DNA of 64,000 bases from Alphaproteobacteria bacterium (GCA_039980135.1 JBDXCV010000003.1:1027458-1091457); one strand, 5' to 3'; positions 11,172-24,318 are shown, counted from the first letter of the stretch. Notes: generated from the sequence alone by a model not told the origin. A program made the numbers and translations.

Positions 11172-12584
11172 CTAGATGTGTATGGTGCGTTTCGCGACGG
11201 CGAGCGCGGCTTCCTTGACCGCTTCGGCCAGGGTCGGGTGACCATGACAGGTCCGCGCGATGTCTTCGGCCGACGCCCCGAACTCCATCGCCACGACGAT
11301 CTCGTGAATCAGGTTGCCGGCATCCGGTCCGATGATATGCGCGCCGAGAACCCGGTCGGATTTCGCATCCGCCAGGATTTTCACGAAACCGTCGGTTTCG
11401 TTGGCGGCCCGGGCGCGGCCGTTGGCGGAGAAGGGAAAGGTGCCGGCGTTGTAGGCAATCCCATCCTCTTTGAGCTGTTCCTCGGTCTTGCCCACTGCCG
11501 CGACCTCGGGCCAGGTGTAGACGATGCCCGGGATGGTTTCGTAGTTCACATGCCCGGTTTCGCCGGCGATGACCTCGGCCGCCGCGACACCCTCATCCTC
11601 GGCCTTGTGGGCGAGCATCGGGCCCGGCACGCAGTCGCCGATGGCAAAGATGCCCGCCACATTGGTCTGGAAATTTTCATCGATCCCGATGAACCCCCGG
11701 TCGTCGGTCTTGACGCCGGCATTGTCCAGTCCGAGGCCGTCGGTATAGGGGCGGCGTCCGATCGCCACCAGGACGGTATCGCAATCGAGGGTCTCGGTGT
11801 CGCCACCCGCGGCGGGTTCGACCGAGAGCTTGATCTTGGTCTTCAGTGTTTCGGCGCCGGTGACCTTGGTGCCCAGTTTGAGGGTCATTCCCTGTTTCTT
11901 GAGGATGCGCTGGAATGTCTTGGCGACTTCGCCATCCATGCCGGGCGTGATGCGGTCGAGAAACTCGACCACGGTGACCTTGGCACCGAGCCGGGCCCAG
12001 ACAGACCCCATCTCGAGGCCGATATAGCCACCGCCGATCACCACCAGATGTTTCGGAACGCTCGCGAGTTCCAGTGCGCCGGTGGAGCTGACGATGCGCT
12101 TCTCGTCGACCTCGACACCGGGCAGGGGCATGGAGTCCGATCCCGTCGCAATCAGAACGTATTTGGTCTTGAGGGTTTGCGGTGCGCCGTCCGCTGGCGT
12201 CACCACGACCTCCTGGGCACTCTTGATTTCTGCGGCGCCGAAGACCGACGTGACCTTGTTTTTCTTGAACAGGAACTCGATACCTTGCGTGTTGTCGTCC
12301 ACCACCTTGGTCTTGTGGGCCATCATGGCTTTCAGGTCGAACGAGACCTTGCCGACTTTGACGCCATGGGCACCCAGTCCGTGTTGCGCATGCGTGTAGT
12401 GCTCGGAAGACTGCAGCAGCGCTTTCGAGGGAATGCAGCCGACGTTGAGACAGGTGCCGCCGAGAGTGGCGCGCTTTTCCACGCATGCCACGTTGAGGCC
12501 CAGTTGCGCGGCGCGGATGGCCGCCACATAGCCGCCCGGTCCGGCGCCAATCACGACGAGGTCGAAACTCTGGTCGTCTGCCAT
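11172..12584 (-). CDS. lpdA: Dihydrolipoyl dehydrogenase (E3)
   Basis: 470 aa. FAD motif GAGPGGY. Redox-active disulfide GGTCLNVGCIPSK. Last gene of the suc cluster. Confidence 0.95.
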   Translation of the reverse strand: MADDQSFDLVVIGAGPGGYVAAIRAAQLGLNVACVEKRATLGGTCLNVGCIPSKALLQSSEHYTHAQHGLGAHGVKVGKVSFDLKAMMAHKTKVVDDNTQGIEFLFKKNKVTSVFGAAEIKSAQEVVVTPADGAPQTLKTKYVLIATGSDSMPLPGVEVDEKRIVSSTGALELASVPKHLVVIGGGYIGLEMGSVWARLGAKVTVVEFLDRITPGMDGEVAKTFQRILKKQGMTLKLGTKVTGAETLKTKIKLSVEPAAGGDTETLDCDTVLVAIGRRPYTDGLGLDNAGVKTDDRGFIGIDENFQTNVAGIFAIGDCVPGPMLAHKAEDEGVAAAEVIAGETGHVNYETIPGIVYTWPEVAAVGKTEEQLKEDGIAYNAGTFPFSANGRARAANETDGFVKILADAKSDRVLGAHIIGPDAGNLIHEIVVAMEFGASAEDIARTCHGHPTLAEAVKEAALAVAKRTIHI

Positions 12585-12591
12585 TTTGTTC

Positions 12592-14211
12592 CTATACCTC
12601 GATCAGAAGACGTTCCGGGTCCTCAATCGCCTGCTTGATCCGGACCAGGAAGGTCACCGCCTCGCGTCCGTCGATGATCCGATGGTCATAGCTCAACGCC
12701 AGATACATCATCGGGCGGATGACGATCTCGTCATCGATTACGACCGGCCGCTTGACGATATTGTGCATGCCAAGAATGCCCGACTGGGGCGGGTTCAGGA
12801 TCGGCGTCGAGAGCATCGAGCCGAAGATGCCGCCATTGGTGATCGTAAACGTGCCGCCCGTCAGTTCCTTCATGGTCAGCTTGCCGTCGCGCGCGCGTTG
12901 GCCGTATTCGGCGATCTGGCTCTCGATTCCGGCGAAGCTCTGCTTGTCGGCGTCGCGCAGGACCGGAACGACGAGGCCCTGTTCGCCGCCGACCGCGATC
13001 CCGATGTCGTAATAGTTCCGGTAGACGATCTCATCCCCGTGGATTTCGGCATTGACCGACGGCAGCTCCTTGAGCGCATTGATCGCGGCCTTCACGAAGA
13101 TGCTCATGAAACCCAGTTTCACGCCGTGCTTTTTCTCGAAATCGTCACGGTAGCGGGCGCGCAAATCCATCACGCCCTGCATGTCGACCTCGTTGAAGGT
13201 GGTCAGCATGGCGGCGGTGTTTTGCGCCTGCTTGAGGCGGGTGGCGACGGTCTGACGCAGTTTGGTCATCCGCACGCGTTCCTCGCCGCGCGGGTCTTCG
13301 GCACGCTCCGGCAGGTCGCCTGCCGATACGAAGCCGGCGGGTGTCGCCGGCGCTGCTGCGGCGGGCGCTGCCGTGCCGCCCGATGCCGGTGTGTCGAGAT
13401 GGCGCATCACGTCACCCTTTGTGATGCGTCCGTCGCGACCGGTGGCCGGAATGGCCGAGGGGTCGAGGCCGTTCTCGTCGACCAGCTTCTGTACGGCCGG
13501 GGAGAGGGGGTAGTCCAGATTTGCGCTCGCACCGGCGGCCGGCGCGGGGGCCTCTGCCGGTTCCGCCGCGGCGGGTGGCGTGTCGGCCTGCGCGGCCGCT
13601 GCCGGGGCTTCGCCCGTCGTGAAGCGGCCGACGACCGCGCCCACCTCCACGTCGACGCCCTCGCCGGCGATGATTTCGGTCAGGGTGCCGGCGCTGGGGG
13701 CTGGCAGTTCCGCGGTGACCTTGTCGGTTTCGATTTCGACCAGCGGTTCGTCGGCAGCGAAGCTTTCGCCAACCTGTTTCAGCCAGCGGGCGATGGTCCC
13801 TTCGGTGACGGACTCGCCCAGTTCCGGAACAGTTACATCCATGGTCTCGCCGCTTGTCGCAGCCGGGGCGGCGGCTGGTTCGGCGGACGCTGCTTCCGCG
13901 GGTTTATCCGCGGCCGGCGCGCTTTCCGTTTCCGTTGGTGTTTCCTCTGCTGCGGGGGCCGCCGTGGCGGTCGCATTCTCATCGATGGAGCCGATCACGG
14001 TGCCGACCTCGACATCCACACCCTCGTCGGCGCCGATCTCCGTGAGCACGCCCGTGCCCGGTGCAGGGACCTCGACCGTGACCTTGTCGGTCTCGATCTC
14101 GACCAGGGGTTCGTCGGCGGTGACGGCCTCACCGATCGCCTTGAACCAGCGCGCAACTGTGCCCTCGGTCACGGACTCGCCCATGTCGGGCACTTTGATC
14201 TCGATGGTCAT
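12592..14211 (-). CDS. sucB: Dihydrolipoamide succinyltransferase (E2 of 2-oxoglutarate dehydrogenase) with two tandem lipoyl domains
   Basis: Start taken at the internal [13 protein letters not shown] (ATG at 14209-14211); the upstream extension in the track is Arg/Pro-rich junk. Two lipoyl-lysine motifs (IETDKV x2), an E3-binding domain, and a catalytic DHRIIDG motif. Confidence 0.9.
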   Translation of the reverse strand: MTIEIKVPDMGESVTEGTVARWFKAIGEAVTADEPLVEIETDKVTVEVPAPGTGVLTEIGADEGVDVEVGTVIGSIDENATATAAPAAEETPTETESAPAADKPAEAASAEPAAAPAATSGETMDVTVPELGESVTEGTIARWLKQVGESFAADEPLVEIETDKVTAELPAPSAGTLTEIIAGEGVDVEVGAVVGRFTTGEAPAAAAQADTPPAAAEPAEAPAPAAGASANLDYPLSPAVQKLVDENGLDPSAIPATGRDGRITKGDVMRHLDTPASGGTAAPAAAAPATPAGFVSAGDLPERAEDPRGEERVRMTKLRQTVATRLKQAQNTAAMLTTFNEVDMQGVMDLRARYRDDFEKKHGVKLGFMSIFVKAAINALKELPSVNAEIHGDEIVYRNYYDIGIAVGGEQGLVVPVLRDADKQSFAGIESQIAEYGQRARDGKLTMKELTGGTFTITNGGIFGSMLSTPILNPPQSGILGMHNIVKRPVVIDDEIVIRPMMYLALSYDHRIIDGREAVTFLVRIKQAIEDPERLLIEV

Positions 14212-14239
14212 CTCGTAATCCCCGTTGTGGTCGGCTGGC

Positions 14240-17200
14240 TCAGACGGTGAGCGCTTCGTCGACCAATTTTTCCTGTTCGCGCCGGTGACGTGCGGCATTG
14301 CCCGTGGCAGGCGAGGCCGATTCGACGCGGCCAACATATCGCGGCCGTGTGTGTTCGGCGGCGATTTCCTCGAGGACGGCCTCGAGCCTGCGATCGACAA
14401 AGGTCCAGCCGCCCATGTTCTCGGGCTCTTCCTGGCACCAGACCATCTCGGCATGCTTGAAGCGCGAAAGTTCCTCGATCAGCGCCTTGCGCGGGAAAGG
14501 GTAGAGCTGCTCGAGCCGCAGGAAGAAGACATCCTTGAGGTCGCGTTTTGCCCGCTCTTCATACAGATCGTAGTAGACCTTGCCCGAACACAGCACGACC
14601 CGTTTGACGTCCTTGTCGTCGCACAGTTTCTCATTGTCATAGAGGACGCGGTGGAAACTGGTCCCCGGTCCGAAATCCTCGAGTTTCGAGACACAGAGCT
14701 TGTGCCGAAGCAGGGATTTCGGGGTCATCACGATCAGCGGTTTGCGGAAGTTGCGCCGGATCTGGCGGCGCAGTGCATGATAGTAGTTCGCTGGCGTCGT
14801 GATGTTGCAGACTTGCATATTGTCGTCACCGCACAGCTGCAGATAGCGCTCCATCCGGGCCGAGGAATGTTCCGGACCCTGACCCTCGAACCCGTGGGGC
14901 AGAAGCAGGACCAGTCCGGACATGCGCAGCCATTTGGATTCGCCCGAGGCGATGAACTGATCGATGATGACCTGCGCACCGTTGGCGAAGTCGCCGAACT
15001 GCGCCTCCCAGAGCACGAGCGCATGGGGCTCGGCCTGGCTGTAGCCATATTCGAACCCGAGTACGCCGAACTCCGAAAGTGGGCTGTCGATCACCTCGAT
15101 CGGCGCCTGGCCGTACCGAATATTCGCCAGCGGCAGATATTTTTCCTCATGGGTCTGATCGACCAGGACCGCGTGGCGCTGCGAAAAGGTGCCGCGCCCC
15201 ACATCTTCGCCTGATAGCCGGACGGGCGTGGATTCACAGAGCAGTGTCCCGAACGCCAGCGCTTCGCCGGTCGCCCAGTCGATGCCTTTGCCGGTCTCGA
15301 TCATTTTGCGCTTGTTCTTGAGCTGGCGGAGGATCTTCGAATTCATTTCGAGACCCTGCGGGGGCTCGGAGATGGCGTGCCCGACCTCGTTCAGGAGTTC
15401 ATTGTCCACGGCCGTCTCGCCGCGGCGTTCATCGCCTTCCGCCATGCCGATATCGGCCCAGCGGCCCTCGAGCCAGTCGGCCTTGTTCGGCTTGTAGCTC
15501 TGGGCGGCCTCGAACTCCTGCTCCAGATGGGCCTGGAACTCCTCGACCATGCGATCGCCGCCACCCGCCTCGATCACGCCCTCTGCTTCGAGTTGTTGGG
15601 CGTAGAGGGCGCGCGTGGTCGGCTGTTCGGATATGGATTTGTACATCCGGGGCTGGGTGAAGGCCGGTTCATCGGATTCGTTATGTCCCGCGCGGCGATA
15701 GCCCCACAGATCCATGACCACATCGGCCTTGAACCGGTAGCGATACTCGGTCGCGATGCGCGCCACATGGACAGCCGATTCCGGATCGTCGCCGTTTACA
15801 TGGAAGATCGGCGACTGGATCATCTTGGCGACGTCCGACGAATAGGGTGAAGAGCGCGCCGCCGTCGGGTTGGTCGTGAACCCGATCTGGTTGTTGACGA
15901 TCAGGTGGAACGTGCCGCCGGTGCGATAGCCGCGCAGCTGGGACAGGTCGAGCGTTTCGGCCACGAGGCCCTGGCCGGCGAAGGACGCATCGCCGTGCAT
16001 CAGCAGGCCCATGACCTTGTCACGTTCGGAATCATTGCGCAGTTGCTGCTTGGCCCGCACCTTGCCCAGAACGACGGTGTTGACCGCCTCCAGGTGGCTC
16101 GGGTTCGGTGTCAGCGAGAGATGCACGTTGTTCCCGTCGAAGGAGCGGTCCGACGAGGTGCCGAGATGGTATTTCACATCGCCGGAGCCCATCACGTCGT
16201 CCGGGTTCGGCGAGTTTCCCTCGAACTCCGAAAACATGGCGCGAAACGGCTTGTCCAGGAAGTTGGCCAGCACGTTCAGCCGCCCGCGATGGGGCATGCC
16301 GATGACGAGTTCGCGCAAGCCCAGCTGGCCGCCGCGTTTGACCAGCTGTTCGAGCGCCGGAATCAGGGTCTCGCCCCCTTCCAGACCGAACCGCTTGGCG
16401 CCGGTGTATTTCTTGTCGAGAAATTGCTCGAAGATTTCCGCGCGTGTCAGCGCGCCGAGGATGGCCTGTTTGCCCTGCTCGGTGAATTCGGTGTGATTGC
16501 GCACGCCCTCGATGCGTTCCTGGATCCAGGCCTTCTCTTCCGGCCCCTGGATATGCATGAACTCGATGCCGATGTTACCGCAATAGGTTTCACGCACCAC
16601 ATCGATAATCTGGCGCATGGTCGCGGTTTCGAGGCCGAGCACATAGTTGATGAAGATCGGTCGATCGAGATCTGAATCCGCGAAACCGTAAGTGCGCGGG
16701 TCGAGTTCCGGATGGGCGTCGGGCTTCACCAGGCCTAGCGGATCAAGGCGCGCTTCCAGGTGACCGCGCACCCGGTAGGCGCGGATCAGCATCAGCGCGC
16801 GAATGGAATCGAGGGTCGCCCGTCGAACCTGGTCGGGCGATGCCTGGGAATCGCCGCCCGCGCCATATGAGAGGGGCGCGCCTTTCAGCGGTGCGCCGTT
16901 TGCGGCAGGAGAGATGGCCGGGGCCGCGTGGCCGTTTCCGGGGTGCGCGCCACTGGCGCCGTTTGGTCCGGCGCCGCCGTTGCCACGGTCCTCACCGATC
17001 ACGCGCGTGTCGCTGGGGGCCCAACTGGCACCGCGCAGATCTTCGAGCAGGGCGCGGGCGTCGTCATGCAATGTGGCGAAGAACTCTCCCCATTCGGGAT
17101 CGACGCTGTCCGGTTGCTCGAGATAGTTCGCGTACAGTTCCGCAACAAATGTTGCGTTGGCGCCATTCAGAAAAGAGGAGTGGCCGATATAGCTGTTCAT
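14240..17200 (-). CDS. sucA: 2-oxoglutarate dehydrogenase E1 component
   Basis: 986 aa. N-terminus [23 protein letters not shown]. ThDP-binding regions. Canonical position between sucD and sucB. Confidence 0.95.
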   Translation of the reverse strand: MNSYIGHSSFLNGANATFVAELYANYLEQPDSVDPEWGEFFATLHDDARALLEDLRGASWAPSDTRVIGEDRGNGGAGPNGASGAHPGNGHAAPAISPAANGAPLKGAPLSYGAGGDSQASPDQVRRATLDSIRALMLIRAYRVRGHLEARLDPLGLVKPDAHPELDPRTYGFADSDLDRPIFINYVLGLETATMRQIIDVVRETYCGNIGIEFMHIQGPEEKAWIQERIEGVRNHTEFTEQGKQAILGALTRAEIFEQFLDKKYTGAKRFGLEGGETLIPALEQLVKRGGQLGLRELVIGMPHRGRLNVLANFLDKPFRAMFSEFEGNSPNPDDVMGSGDVKYHLGTSSDRSFDGNNVHLSLTPNPSHLEAVNTVVLGKVRAKQQLRNDSERDKVMGLLMHGDASFAGQGLVAETLDLSQLRGYRTGGTFHLIVNNQIGFTTNPTAARSSPYSSDVAKMIQSPIFHVNGDDPESAVHVARIATEYRYRFKADVVMDLWGYRRAGHNESDEPAFTQPRMYKSISEQPTTRALYAQQLEAEGVIEAGGGDRMVEEFQAHLEQEFEAAQSYKPNKADWLEGRWADIGMAEGDERRGETAVDNELLNEVGHAISEPPQGLEMNSKILRQLKNKRKMIETGKGIDWATGEALAFGTLLCESTPVRLSGEDVGRGTFSQRHAVLVDQTHEEKYLPLANIRYGQAPIEVIDSPLSEFGVLGFEYGYSQAEPHALVLWEAQFGDFANGAQVIIDQFIASGESKWLRMSGLVLLLPHGFEGQGPEHSSARMERYLQLCGDDNMQVCNITTPANYYHALRRQIRRNFRKPLIVMTPKSLLRHKLCVSKLEDFGPGTSFHRVLYDNEKLCDDKDVKRVVLCSGKVYYDLYEERAKRDLKDVFFLRLEQLYPFPRKALIEELSRFKHAEMVWCQEEPENMGGWTFVDRRLEAVLEEIAAEHTRPRYVGRVESASPATGNAARHRREQEKLVDEALTV

Positions 17201-17278
17201 GTCCTAGCCGCGGTACGAGGCTGCGGTCCCTGGTTGCAAAGCGTTGGCGTCCCCCTCACCAACAGATCGGTGACCTAC

Positions 17279-18154
17279 CTAGCCCTTCATTGCCTTCATC
17301 ATCGTGGTGCCGAGCGCCGACGGCGACTCTGCGACCAGTATGCCCGCGGATTTCATGGCGTCCATTTTTGCATCCGCAGTGCCTTTACCGCCCGAAATGA
17401 TAGCGCCGGCATGGCCCATGCGTTTTCCGGGAGGTGCCGTGACGCCGGCGATGAACCCGGCGACCGGTTTTTTGATCTTCGACGATTTCAGGAAATCGGC
17501 GGCGTCTTCCTCGGCCGAACCGCCGATTTCGCCGATCATGATGATGCCCTCGGTCTCATCGTCCTCCAGGAACAAATCCAGGCAGTCGATGAAGTTGGTG
17601 CCGTTCACGGGGTCACCACCGATGCCGATGCAGGTGGTCTGGCCGAGCCCGACAGCGGTCGTCTGCGCGACGGCCTCGTAGGTCAGGGTGCCGGAACGCG
17701 AGACGATGCCGATATTGCCGCGCCGGTGAATATGGCCCGGCATGATGCCGATCTTGCATTCGTCCGGCGTGATGACGCCCGGGCAGTTCGGGCCGATCAG
17801 GCGTGTGTCGGAGCCGCTCAACGCGCGCTTGACGGCGACCATGTCGAGGACCGGGATGCCTTCGGTGATGCACACCACCAGCTCGACGCCTGCGTCGATG
17901 GCTTCGAGGATCGCGTCACCCGCGAACGGCGGCGGCACATAGATGACGGAGGCATTCGCGCCCGTCGTGCTGACGGCTTCGTCCACCGTGTTGAAAACAG
18001 GCAGATCGAGATGCGAGGTGCCGCCCTTGCCCGGCGTCACGCCGCCGACCATCTGGGTGCCGTAGGCGATGGCCTGCTCGGAATGAAAGGTGCCCTGGGC
18101 TCCGGTGAAGCCCTGGCAGATGACTTTGGTGTTTTTGCCGACGAGTACGGACAT
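17279..18154 (-). CDS. sucD: Succinyl-CoA synthetase alpha subunit
   Basis: 291 aa. CoA-binding N-terminus. Phosphohistidine loop GHAGAII. Confidence 0.95.
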   Translation of the reverse strand: MSVLVGKNTKVICQGFTGAQGTFHSEQAIAYGTQMVGGVTPGKGGTSHLDLPVFNTVDEAVSTTGANASVIYVPPPFAGDAILEAIDAGVELVVCITEGIPVLDMVAVKRALSGSDTRLIGPNCPGVITPDECKIGIMPGHIHRRGNIGIVSRSGTLTYEAVAQTTAVGLGQTTCIGIGGDPVNGTNFIDCLDLFLEDDETEGIIMIGEIGGSAEEDAADFLKSSKIKKPVAGFIAGVTAPPGKRMGHAGAIISGGKGTADAKMDAMKSAGILVAESPSALGTTMMKAMKG

Positions 18155-18158
18155 GGCG

Positions 18159-19355
18159 TCAGGCTGCCTCCTTCACGGCGTTGACGATTTTTTCGGCCGC
18201 ATCCCCGAGATCGTCCGCAGAGACGATCGGGAGGCCTGACTCAGCAAGGATCTTCTTGCCGAGATCGACGTTTGTGCCTTCGAGGCGAACCACCAGCGGA
18301 ACGTGCAGGGATACTTCGCGCGCCGCGGCGACGATACCTTCGGCGATGACATCACAACGCATGATGCCGCCGAAGATGTTGACCAGAATACCTTCGACAT
18401 TCGGATCGGAGAGAATGATCTTGAAAGCTGCGGTGACCCGCTCCTTGGTGGCGCCGCCACCGACATCCAGGAAATTGGCCGGCGCACTGCCGTGCAGCTT
18501 GACGATGTCCATCGTCGCCATCGCCAGGCCCGCACCATTCACCATGCAGCCGATCGAGCCGTCGAGCTTGATGTAGTTGAGCTCATGCTTCGAGGCCTCG
18601 AGCTCCATCGGGTCTTCTTCGTCTTCGTCGCGCAGCGCCTCGACATCGGCCTGACGGTAAAGCGCGTTGTCGTCGAAGTTCATCTTCGCGTCGAGCGCGA
18701 TCACATCGCCCGCACCCGTCACCACGAGAGGGTTGATCTCGACCATTGAGGCGTCGAGTTCGAGGAATGCCTTGTACATCGCCGACAGGAATTTTGCGGC
18801 GCTCTTGATCTGGCTGCCCTCAAGACCGAGCCCGAAGGCGATTTCGCGGGTGTGGAAGGGCATGATGCCGGTCACCGGGTCGATGGCCACCTGGGCGATC
18901 TTTTCCGGGGTTTCCTCGGCCACGGTCTCGATATCCATGCCGCCTTCGGTCGATGCCACGATGACGATCCGGGAGGTCTCGCGGTCCACGAGCAGGCTCA
19001 GATAAAGCTCACGCGCGATATCACAGCCTTCCTCGACGTAAATGCGCTTCACTTCCTTGCCGTCGGGGCCGGTCTGCTTGGTGACCAGTGTCTGGCCAAG
19101 CATGGCCTCGGCATGGGCGCGGACTTCGTCGTCGCTCTTGGCGAGGCGCACACCGCCGCCGCCATCGGGGTTCTCGGCGAAATGCCCGGCACCGCGGCCG
19201 CCGGCATGAATCTGGGATTTCACGACCCAGATCGAGCCGCCGAGGTCCTTCGCCGCCTTGCTGGCCTCGTCGGGCGTATATGCAACCGCGCCGCGGGGCA
19301 CGGAGACGCCGAACTTCGCCAGCAGGCCTTTTGCCTGATACTCATGAATGTTCAT
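18159..19355 (-). CDS. sucC: Succinyl-CoA synthetase beta subunit
   Basis: 398 aa. [20 protein letters not shown]-grasp N-terminus. Confidence 0.95.
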   Translation of the reverse strand: MNIHEYQAKGLLAKFGVSVPRGAVAYTPDEASKAAKDLGGSIWVVKSQIHAGGRGAGHFAENPDGGGGVRLAKSDDEVRAHAEAMLGQTLVTKQTGPDGKEVKRIYVEEGCDIARELYLSLLVDRETSRIVIVASTEGGMDIETVAEETPEKIAQVAIDPVTGIMPFHTREIAFGLGLEGSQIKSAAKFLSAMYKAFLELDASMVEINPLVVTGAGDVIALDAKMNFDDNALYRQADVEALRDEDEEDPMELEASKHELNYIKLDGSIGCMVNGAGLAMATMDIVKLHGSAPANFLDVGGGATKERVTAAFKIILSDPNVEGILVNIFGGIMRCDVIAEGIVAAAREVSLHVPLVVRLEGTNVDLGKKILAESGLPIVSADDLGDAAEKIVNAVKEAA

Positions 19356-19554
19356 TGACGCTTGGTTCCGAAAGACAGATGAGGTGAGCAGCGGTGACGA
19401 TGAACGTCCGGGATTACCGTATGATTAATTTTTTCGTCCGCCGTCGCGATTGAGGCCCGGTTCATGGGGCCGAATATGGTTAACGAGGCTCGACTTTAAC
19501 ACTCATGTTGCACTGCGCAACCGGGTCGTAAGCCGGGACTGGTATGTGCGGTGG

Positions 19555-20601
<1,047 letters not shown>

Positions 20602-20645
20602 TCAAGGCGTGGACCCCGCAAGGATTTGTGCCGCCGGGCACAGAA

Positions 20646-21611
20646 TCAGTCTTGCGAGCTTGCCTCGCGGACAAGCTTGTACTGCACGTCCATCGCCGAC
20701 AGGCGCCGATAGAAATTCAGCAGGTCGCGCGCCGGGTTGATCATGCGCTCATAGCCGGAGATGAAGGCCACGATCGTGCCGATCTCGCTGTGGCCCCGGA
20801 TCACCATCCAGCCGCCCACGAGAAGAATGCTGAGCGGCCCGATCTGGCCGATCAGGTTGTTGATGAATTTCATGAAATACTTGAGCAGGAAGATCCGAAT
20901 GCGAATGTCATAGATGGACTCGATAAGCCCTTCCGCCTTGTCCGTGTTTTCGTCTTCCAATGCCATGGTGCCGAGCTCGCGGGTTTTCTTTGTTCGCGTC
21001 TCGGCCAGTTTGTTGACCTTGCCTTGTATCAGGGGGACCACGAACAGGGACGGGAGGAAGAAGCCGATCGCGACAGCCGCGACCACGGGTTCGATGATCA
21101 GCATGTAGCCTGCGACGCTGACCACGATTCCGGCCTGGAGCAGCGGGAAGGACACGCTCTCGCCGACAAACGCGCCCAGTTTCTCCGCCTCGGCGGCGAT
21201 GATGGACTGGCGGGTGCCGTCATCCGAATCCGCGCCGTAATCTTCATGGTTGAGCGTGCGTCGTCGGAGCAGCCGCGTGACCCCTTCGGCCGCCCGGTTC
21301 TGGTATACGTTGCGCACATATTTGAGTCCGCCATGCGCGAGCAGGACGGCCAGATAGAGGCCGCCCAGGAGCATCAGCAGGTCGGTTGCCCCCTTGAGAA
21401 TCGCGTCGTCGATGATGCGTCGCTGCAGTTCCAGCGGCGCGAGTGACAGGGGGAAGACCAGGATCGTCATCAGGCAGAGGCGAACCTGCTGGGCCGCGCT
21501 GATCTTCCAGACATAGGTGTAGAGCCGCCGGGGCATCTTTTGCAGCGGCTGCCCCCCGACCGAGGGCAGCGCCATGAAGTAGAATTCGGCGGTCAGCGGG
21601 TTTTCAGCCAA
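20646..21611 (-). CDS. ABC-transporter-type transmembrane domain protein without a fused ATPase (orphan ABC TMD)
   Basis: 321 aa with about 6 predicted TM helices. Resembles the ABC_membrane domain of exporter half-transporters. No NBD follows, and no adjacent ABC ATPase gene. Confidence 0.5.
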   Translation of the reverse strand: MAENPLTAEFYFMALPSVGGQPLQKMPRRLYTYVWKISAAQQVRLCLMTILVFPLSLAPLELQRRIIDDAILKGATDLLMLLGGLYLAVLLAHGGLKYVRNVYQNRAAEGVTRLLRRRTLNHEDYGADSDDGTRQSIIAAEAEKLGAFVGESVSFPLLQAGIVVSVAGYMLIIEPVVAAVAIGFFLPSLFVVPLIQGKVNKLAETRTKKTRELGTMALEDENTDKAEGLIESIYDIRIRIFLLKYFMKFINNLIGQIGPLSILLVGGWMVIRGHSEIGTIVAFISGYERMINPARDLLNFYRRLSAMDVQYKLVREASSQD

Positions 21612-21681
21612 CGACGTCGCTCCGTGCCAACGACCCGGATGTCTGCACCCTTTGCCTAGCGGACAATTATAACGCAGACGC

Positions 21682-22824
21682 TCAAGGCGTGTGCGGGCTG
21701 TTCAGATAGTCCTCGGCCTGCATCTCCATCAACCGCGACACCGTGCGTTGAAACTCGAACGCCGTATCGCCCTTCATGTAGAGCTCGCCCGGCTCGCCGT
21801 CGGCGCTGGCGAACAGGTTCACATGATGCTCATAGAGCGAATCGATCAGCACCACGAACCGCTTGGCGGCGTCGCGCTCGCGCTCGTCGAGGATGGGAAT
21901 ATTGTCGATCATCACGGTGTGAAACTGGGTCGCAATCGCCAGGAAATCGGAGGCGCCGCGCGGTTTGTTGCACAGTTCGTCGAACGTGAAACGCGCGATC
22001 CCGCGCGCCGCCTGGCGTGCCTCGATGCTGCGTCCCTGGACCTCGATTTCAAACGGCAACGGGTCCGCATTGTCGGTCAGGGTCGCGAAGGCCGCGTCGA
22101 GCTGGGCGGTCGCGGCCCGTCCGATCGGGGTGTGCCAGATCGGCTCGCCCTTGAGCCGGTCGAGGCGGAAGTCCGTGCCCGCACCGATATCGAGGACATC
22201 GAGCTTTTCGAGGATCAGGTCGATGAAAGGCAGGAACCGGTCGCGCTGCAGGCCGTCTTTATACAGATCGCGCGGGGCGACGTTGGACGTGGCGATGACG
22301 ACCACGCCGTGATCGAAGAAGGCCTGGAACAGGCGGCCCAGGATCATCGCGTCAGCGATGTTCACGACATGGAACTCGTCGAAACACAATAACCAGCTCT
22401 CGTCGGCGACATCCGCGGCGACCTGCATCAGCGGGTCGGCGCGTTTCTCGTGTTTGCGCAGCTCGTTGAGGCGTTGCTGGATCTCCAGCATGAAGGCGTG
22501 GAAATGCACCCGCCGCTTGCGCTCGACCGGCGCGGTGTCGAAGAAAAGGTCCATCAGCATCGATTTGCCGCGCCCGACCGGTCCGTAGAGGTAGAGCCCC
22601 ATCGGCGGTTCTTCGCTGCGCCGCCCGAGGCCGAAGCGATCCTTCCAGCCCGACAGGAAGCCTTCGCCGGCGGGCTGATACCCCTTCAGGGCATGATGCA
22701 GGCTCTGCAGTTTCTCGACGGCGAGCTTCTGCGTGGGGTCGCGCATCAGCTCGTTCGCCTCGCGCATGGTGCGATAGAGGTCGAGCGGCGTCGGCAGTTT
22801 CGAATCGAGGATTTCGTCAGGCAT
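21682..22824 (-). CDS. zapE: Cell division protein ZapE (AFG1-like ATPase)
   Basis: 380 aa. Walker A GPVGRGKS. Walker B LLCFDEFHV. AFG1 family architecture. Confidence 0.9.
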   Translation of the reverse strand: MPDEILDSKLPTPLDLYRTMREANELMRDPTQKLAVEKLQSLHHALKGYQPAGEGFLSGWKDRFGLGRRSEEPPMGLYLYGPVGRGKSMLMDLFFDTAPVERKRRVHFHAFMLEIQQRLNELRKHEKRADPLMQVAADVADESWLLCFDEFHVVNIADAMILGRLFQAFFDHGVVVIATSNVAPRDLYKDGLQRDRFLPFIDLILEKLDVLDIGAGTDFRLDRLKGEPIWHTPIGRAATAQLDAAFATLTDNADPLPFEIEVQGRSIEARQAARGIARFTFDELCNKPRGASDFLAIATQFHTVMIDNIPILDERERDAAKRFVVLIDSLYEHHVNLFASADGEPGELYMKGDTAFEFQRTVSRLMEMQAEDYLNSPHTP

Positions 22825-22885
22825 TGCGGCGGTTAACTAGGCCAGCTGGCGGCGGCGTGCAACCGGACGGGGCGCATCGGGCGGT

Positions 22886-24241
22886 TTACTGAGCCGCCGC
22901 GGCGGCCGGAGCGGCGAACATGGCCTCCATATCACGGCGCACCTGCACGGCCTGGATATTGGGGTCGATGTCCACATCGGCCCAGCCGACCGGCTGGTCC
23001 TTGCCCACGGCGTTCTTGAGTGTCACCCCGTGGGCCAGCCCGATGGGAAGTCCGCCCGCAGCGAGGCTGGCCGCGGCCGGCATGAGTTTGCCGTAAACGG
23101 TGAAACCGCCCTCGCCATCCAGCGCATCACCGGGTTTCAGGTCGCGCTTCGCGGTGGCCACCGCATCCCCGCGGAACCCGGTGGGAGACCCGGTCGGTTC
23201 GTTGCGCAATGCCGCGCTCGCGACGGAGATGCCGAGCTCCAGCCCGATCAGGTGATAGGGCTTCCACTGGGCGGCGTAGTTGCCCGATACATCGGTCACC
23301 AGTCCGTATTCGTCAAAACACGTACGGACATAATCGCTCGGGGCCTCGAACACCACATAGACACCCCAGCGCAGATCGCCGGTGACATGGCGGCCGTCGC
23401 GTTCCTCGGAGCTGATCACCTCGACCTGTCCCTTGTGGTGCAGTTGGCCGCCCTCGGACTTCGGGCGCATCACATGCGGCAGATCGTGGACACCGCAGGC
23501 CGGAAAGGCCAGCCCGTCGGGGGCGGGGCTCAGCCCCGTAGCGTTGGCCACGGCGGCCATCTCGATCGCCGACTTGGTCCCGTCGAGGAAAGAATTGAAC
23601 ATCTGCGGGTTCATACCGCCGGCTGCAGCCTGTTCGGCCGTCAGCCCGTAATGCTCCCAGACATCGTCCGGCGTCACATAGTGATAGCCGTCGAGATACT
23701 TGGTGCCCTTGCCCGCCGCGATGACATCGAGGCCGCAGGCCCGCGCCCAGTCCACTTGCTCATGAATCAGCGCCGGCTGGTCGCCATAGGCCAGCGAATA
23801 GACGATGCCCGCCTGGCGTGCACGTTCGGCCAGCAGCGGCCCGGCCAGAACGTCAGCCTCGACATTGACCATCACGATATGCTTGCCGTGTTCGCAGGCC
23901 GCGAGCGCGTGGGCGATACCTGCGGCGGGGCTGCCGGTCGCGTCGATCACCACGTCGATCCCGCCGGCGGCGACCAGCGCCATCGAATCTTCGGTCAGGT
24001 GGGTGTTGCCCCGGGACAGGGCGGTATCGAATGTCGCGGCAGACGGGTCCAGCCCGCCGACCCGCGCGCAGGCATCCCGGGCGCGTTCCGGATCCAGGTC
24101 GGCGATGGCCATGACGTGAATGCCGGGTGTGCGGGCGGCCTGGGACAGATACATGGTGCCGAACTTGCCCGCGCCGATCAGGCCCACCCGGACCGGTTTC
24201 CCGTCTTCGGCGCGCCGGCCAAGCATCGCGTGGAGGTTCAT
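22886..24241 (-). CDS. NAD(P)-binding oxidoreductase with C-terminal SAF-like domain (COG4091 / predicted homoserine dehydrogenase-like family)
   Basis: 451 aa. N-terminal Rossmann GLIGAGKFG. C-terminal Gly-rich SAF-like region. Family assignment is from memory of the domain architecture, not a database search. Confidence 0.5.
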   Translation of the reverse strand: MNLHAMLGRRAEDGKPVRVGLIGAGKFGTMYLSQAARTPGIHVMAIADLDPERARDACARVGGLDPSAATFDTALSRGNTHLTEDSMALVAAGGIDVVIDATGSPAAGIAHALAACEHGKHIVMVNVEADVLAGPLLAERARQAGIVYSLAYGDQPALIHEQVDWARACGLDVIAAGKGTKYLDGYHYVTPDDVWEHYGLTAEQAAAGGMNPQMFNSFLDGTKSAIEMAAVANATGLSPAPDGLAFPACGVHDLPHVMRPKSEGGQLHHKGQVEVISSEERDGRHVTGDLRWGVYVVFEAPSDYVRTCFDEYGLVTDVSGNYAAQWKPYHLIGLELGISVASAALRNEPTGSPTGFRGDAVATAKRDLKPGDALDGEGGFTVYGKLMPAAASLAAGGLPIGLAHGVTLKNAVGKDQPVGWADVDIDPNIQAVQVRRDMEAMFAAPAAAAAQ

Positions 24242-24318
24242 TGCGCTGTCCTTTTCATTTCCCGCTATTCTATCGGTGCAGCCTACTACGAATTGCGAAC
24301 AGAATCCGGAGGGGAACC

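Noticed and set aside
19470-19495. CtrA-like TTAAC...TTTAAC upstream of sucC.
   Set aside because: Spacing between the TTAA half-sites is 12 nt, not the canonical 7. Treated as ordinary promoter AT-tract.
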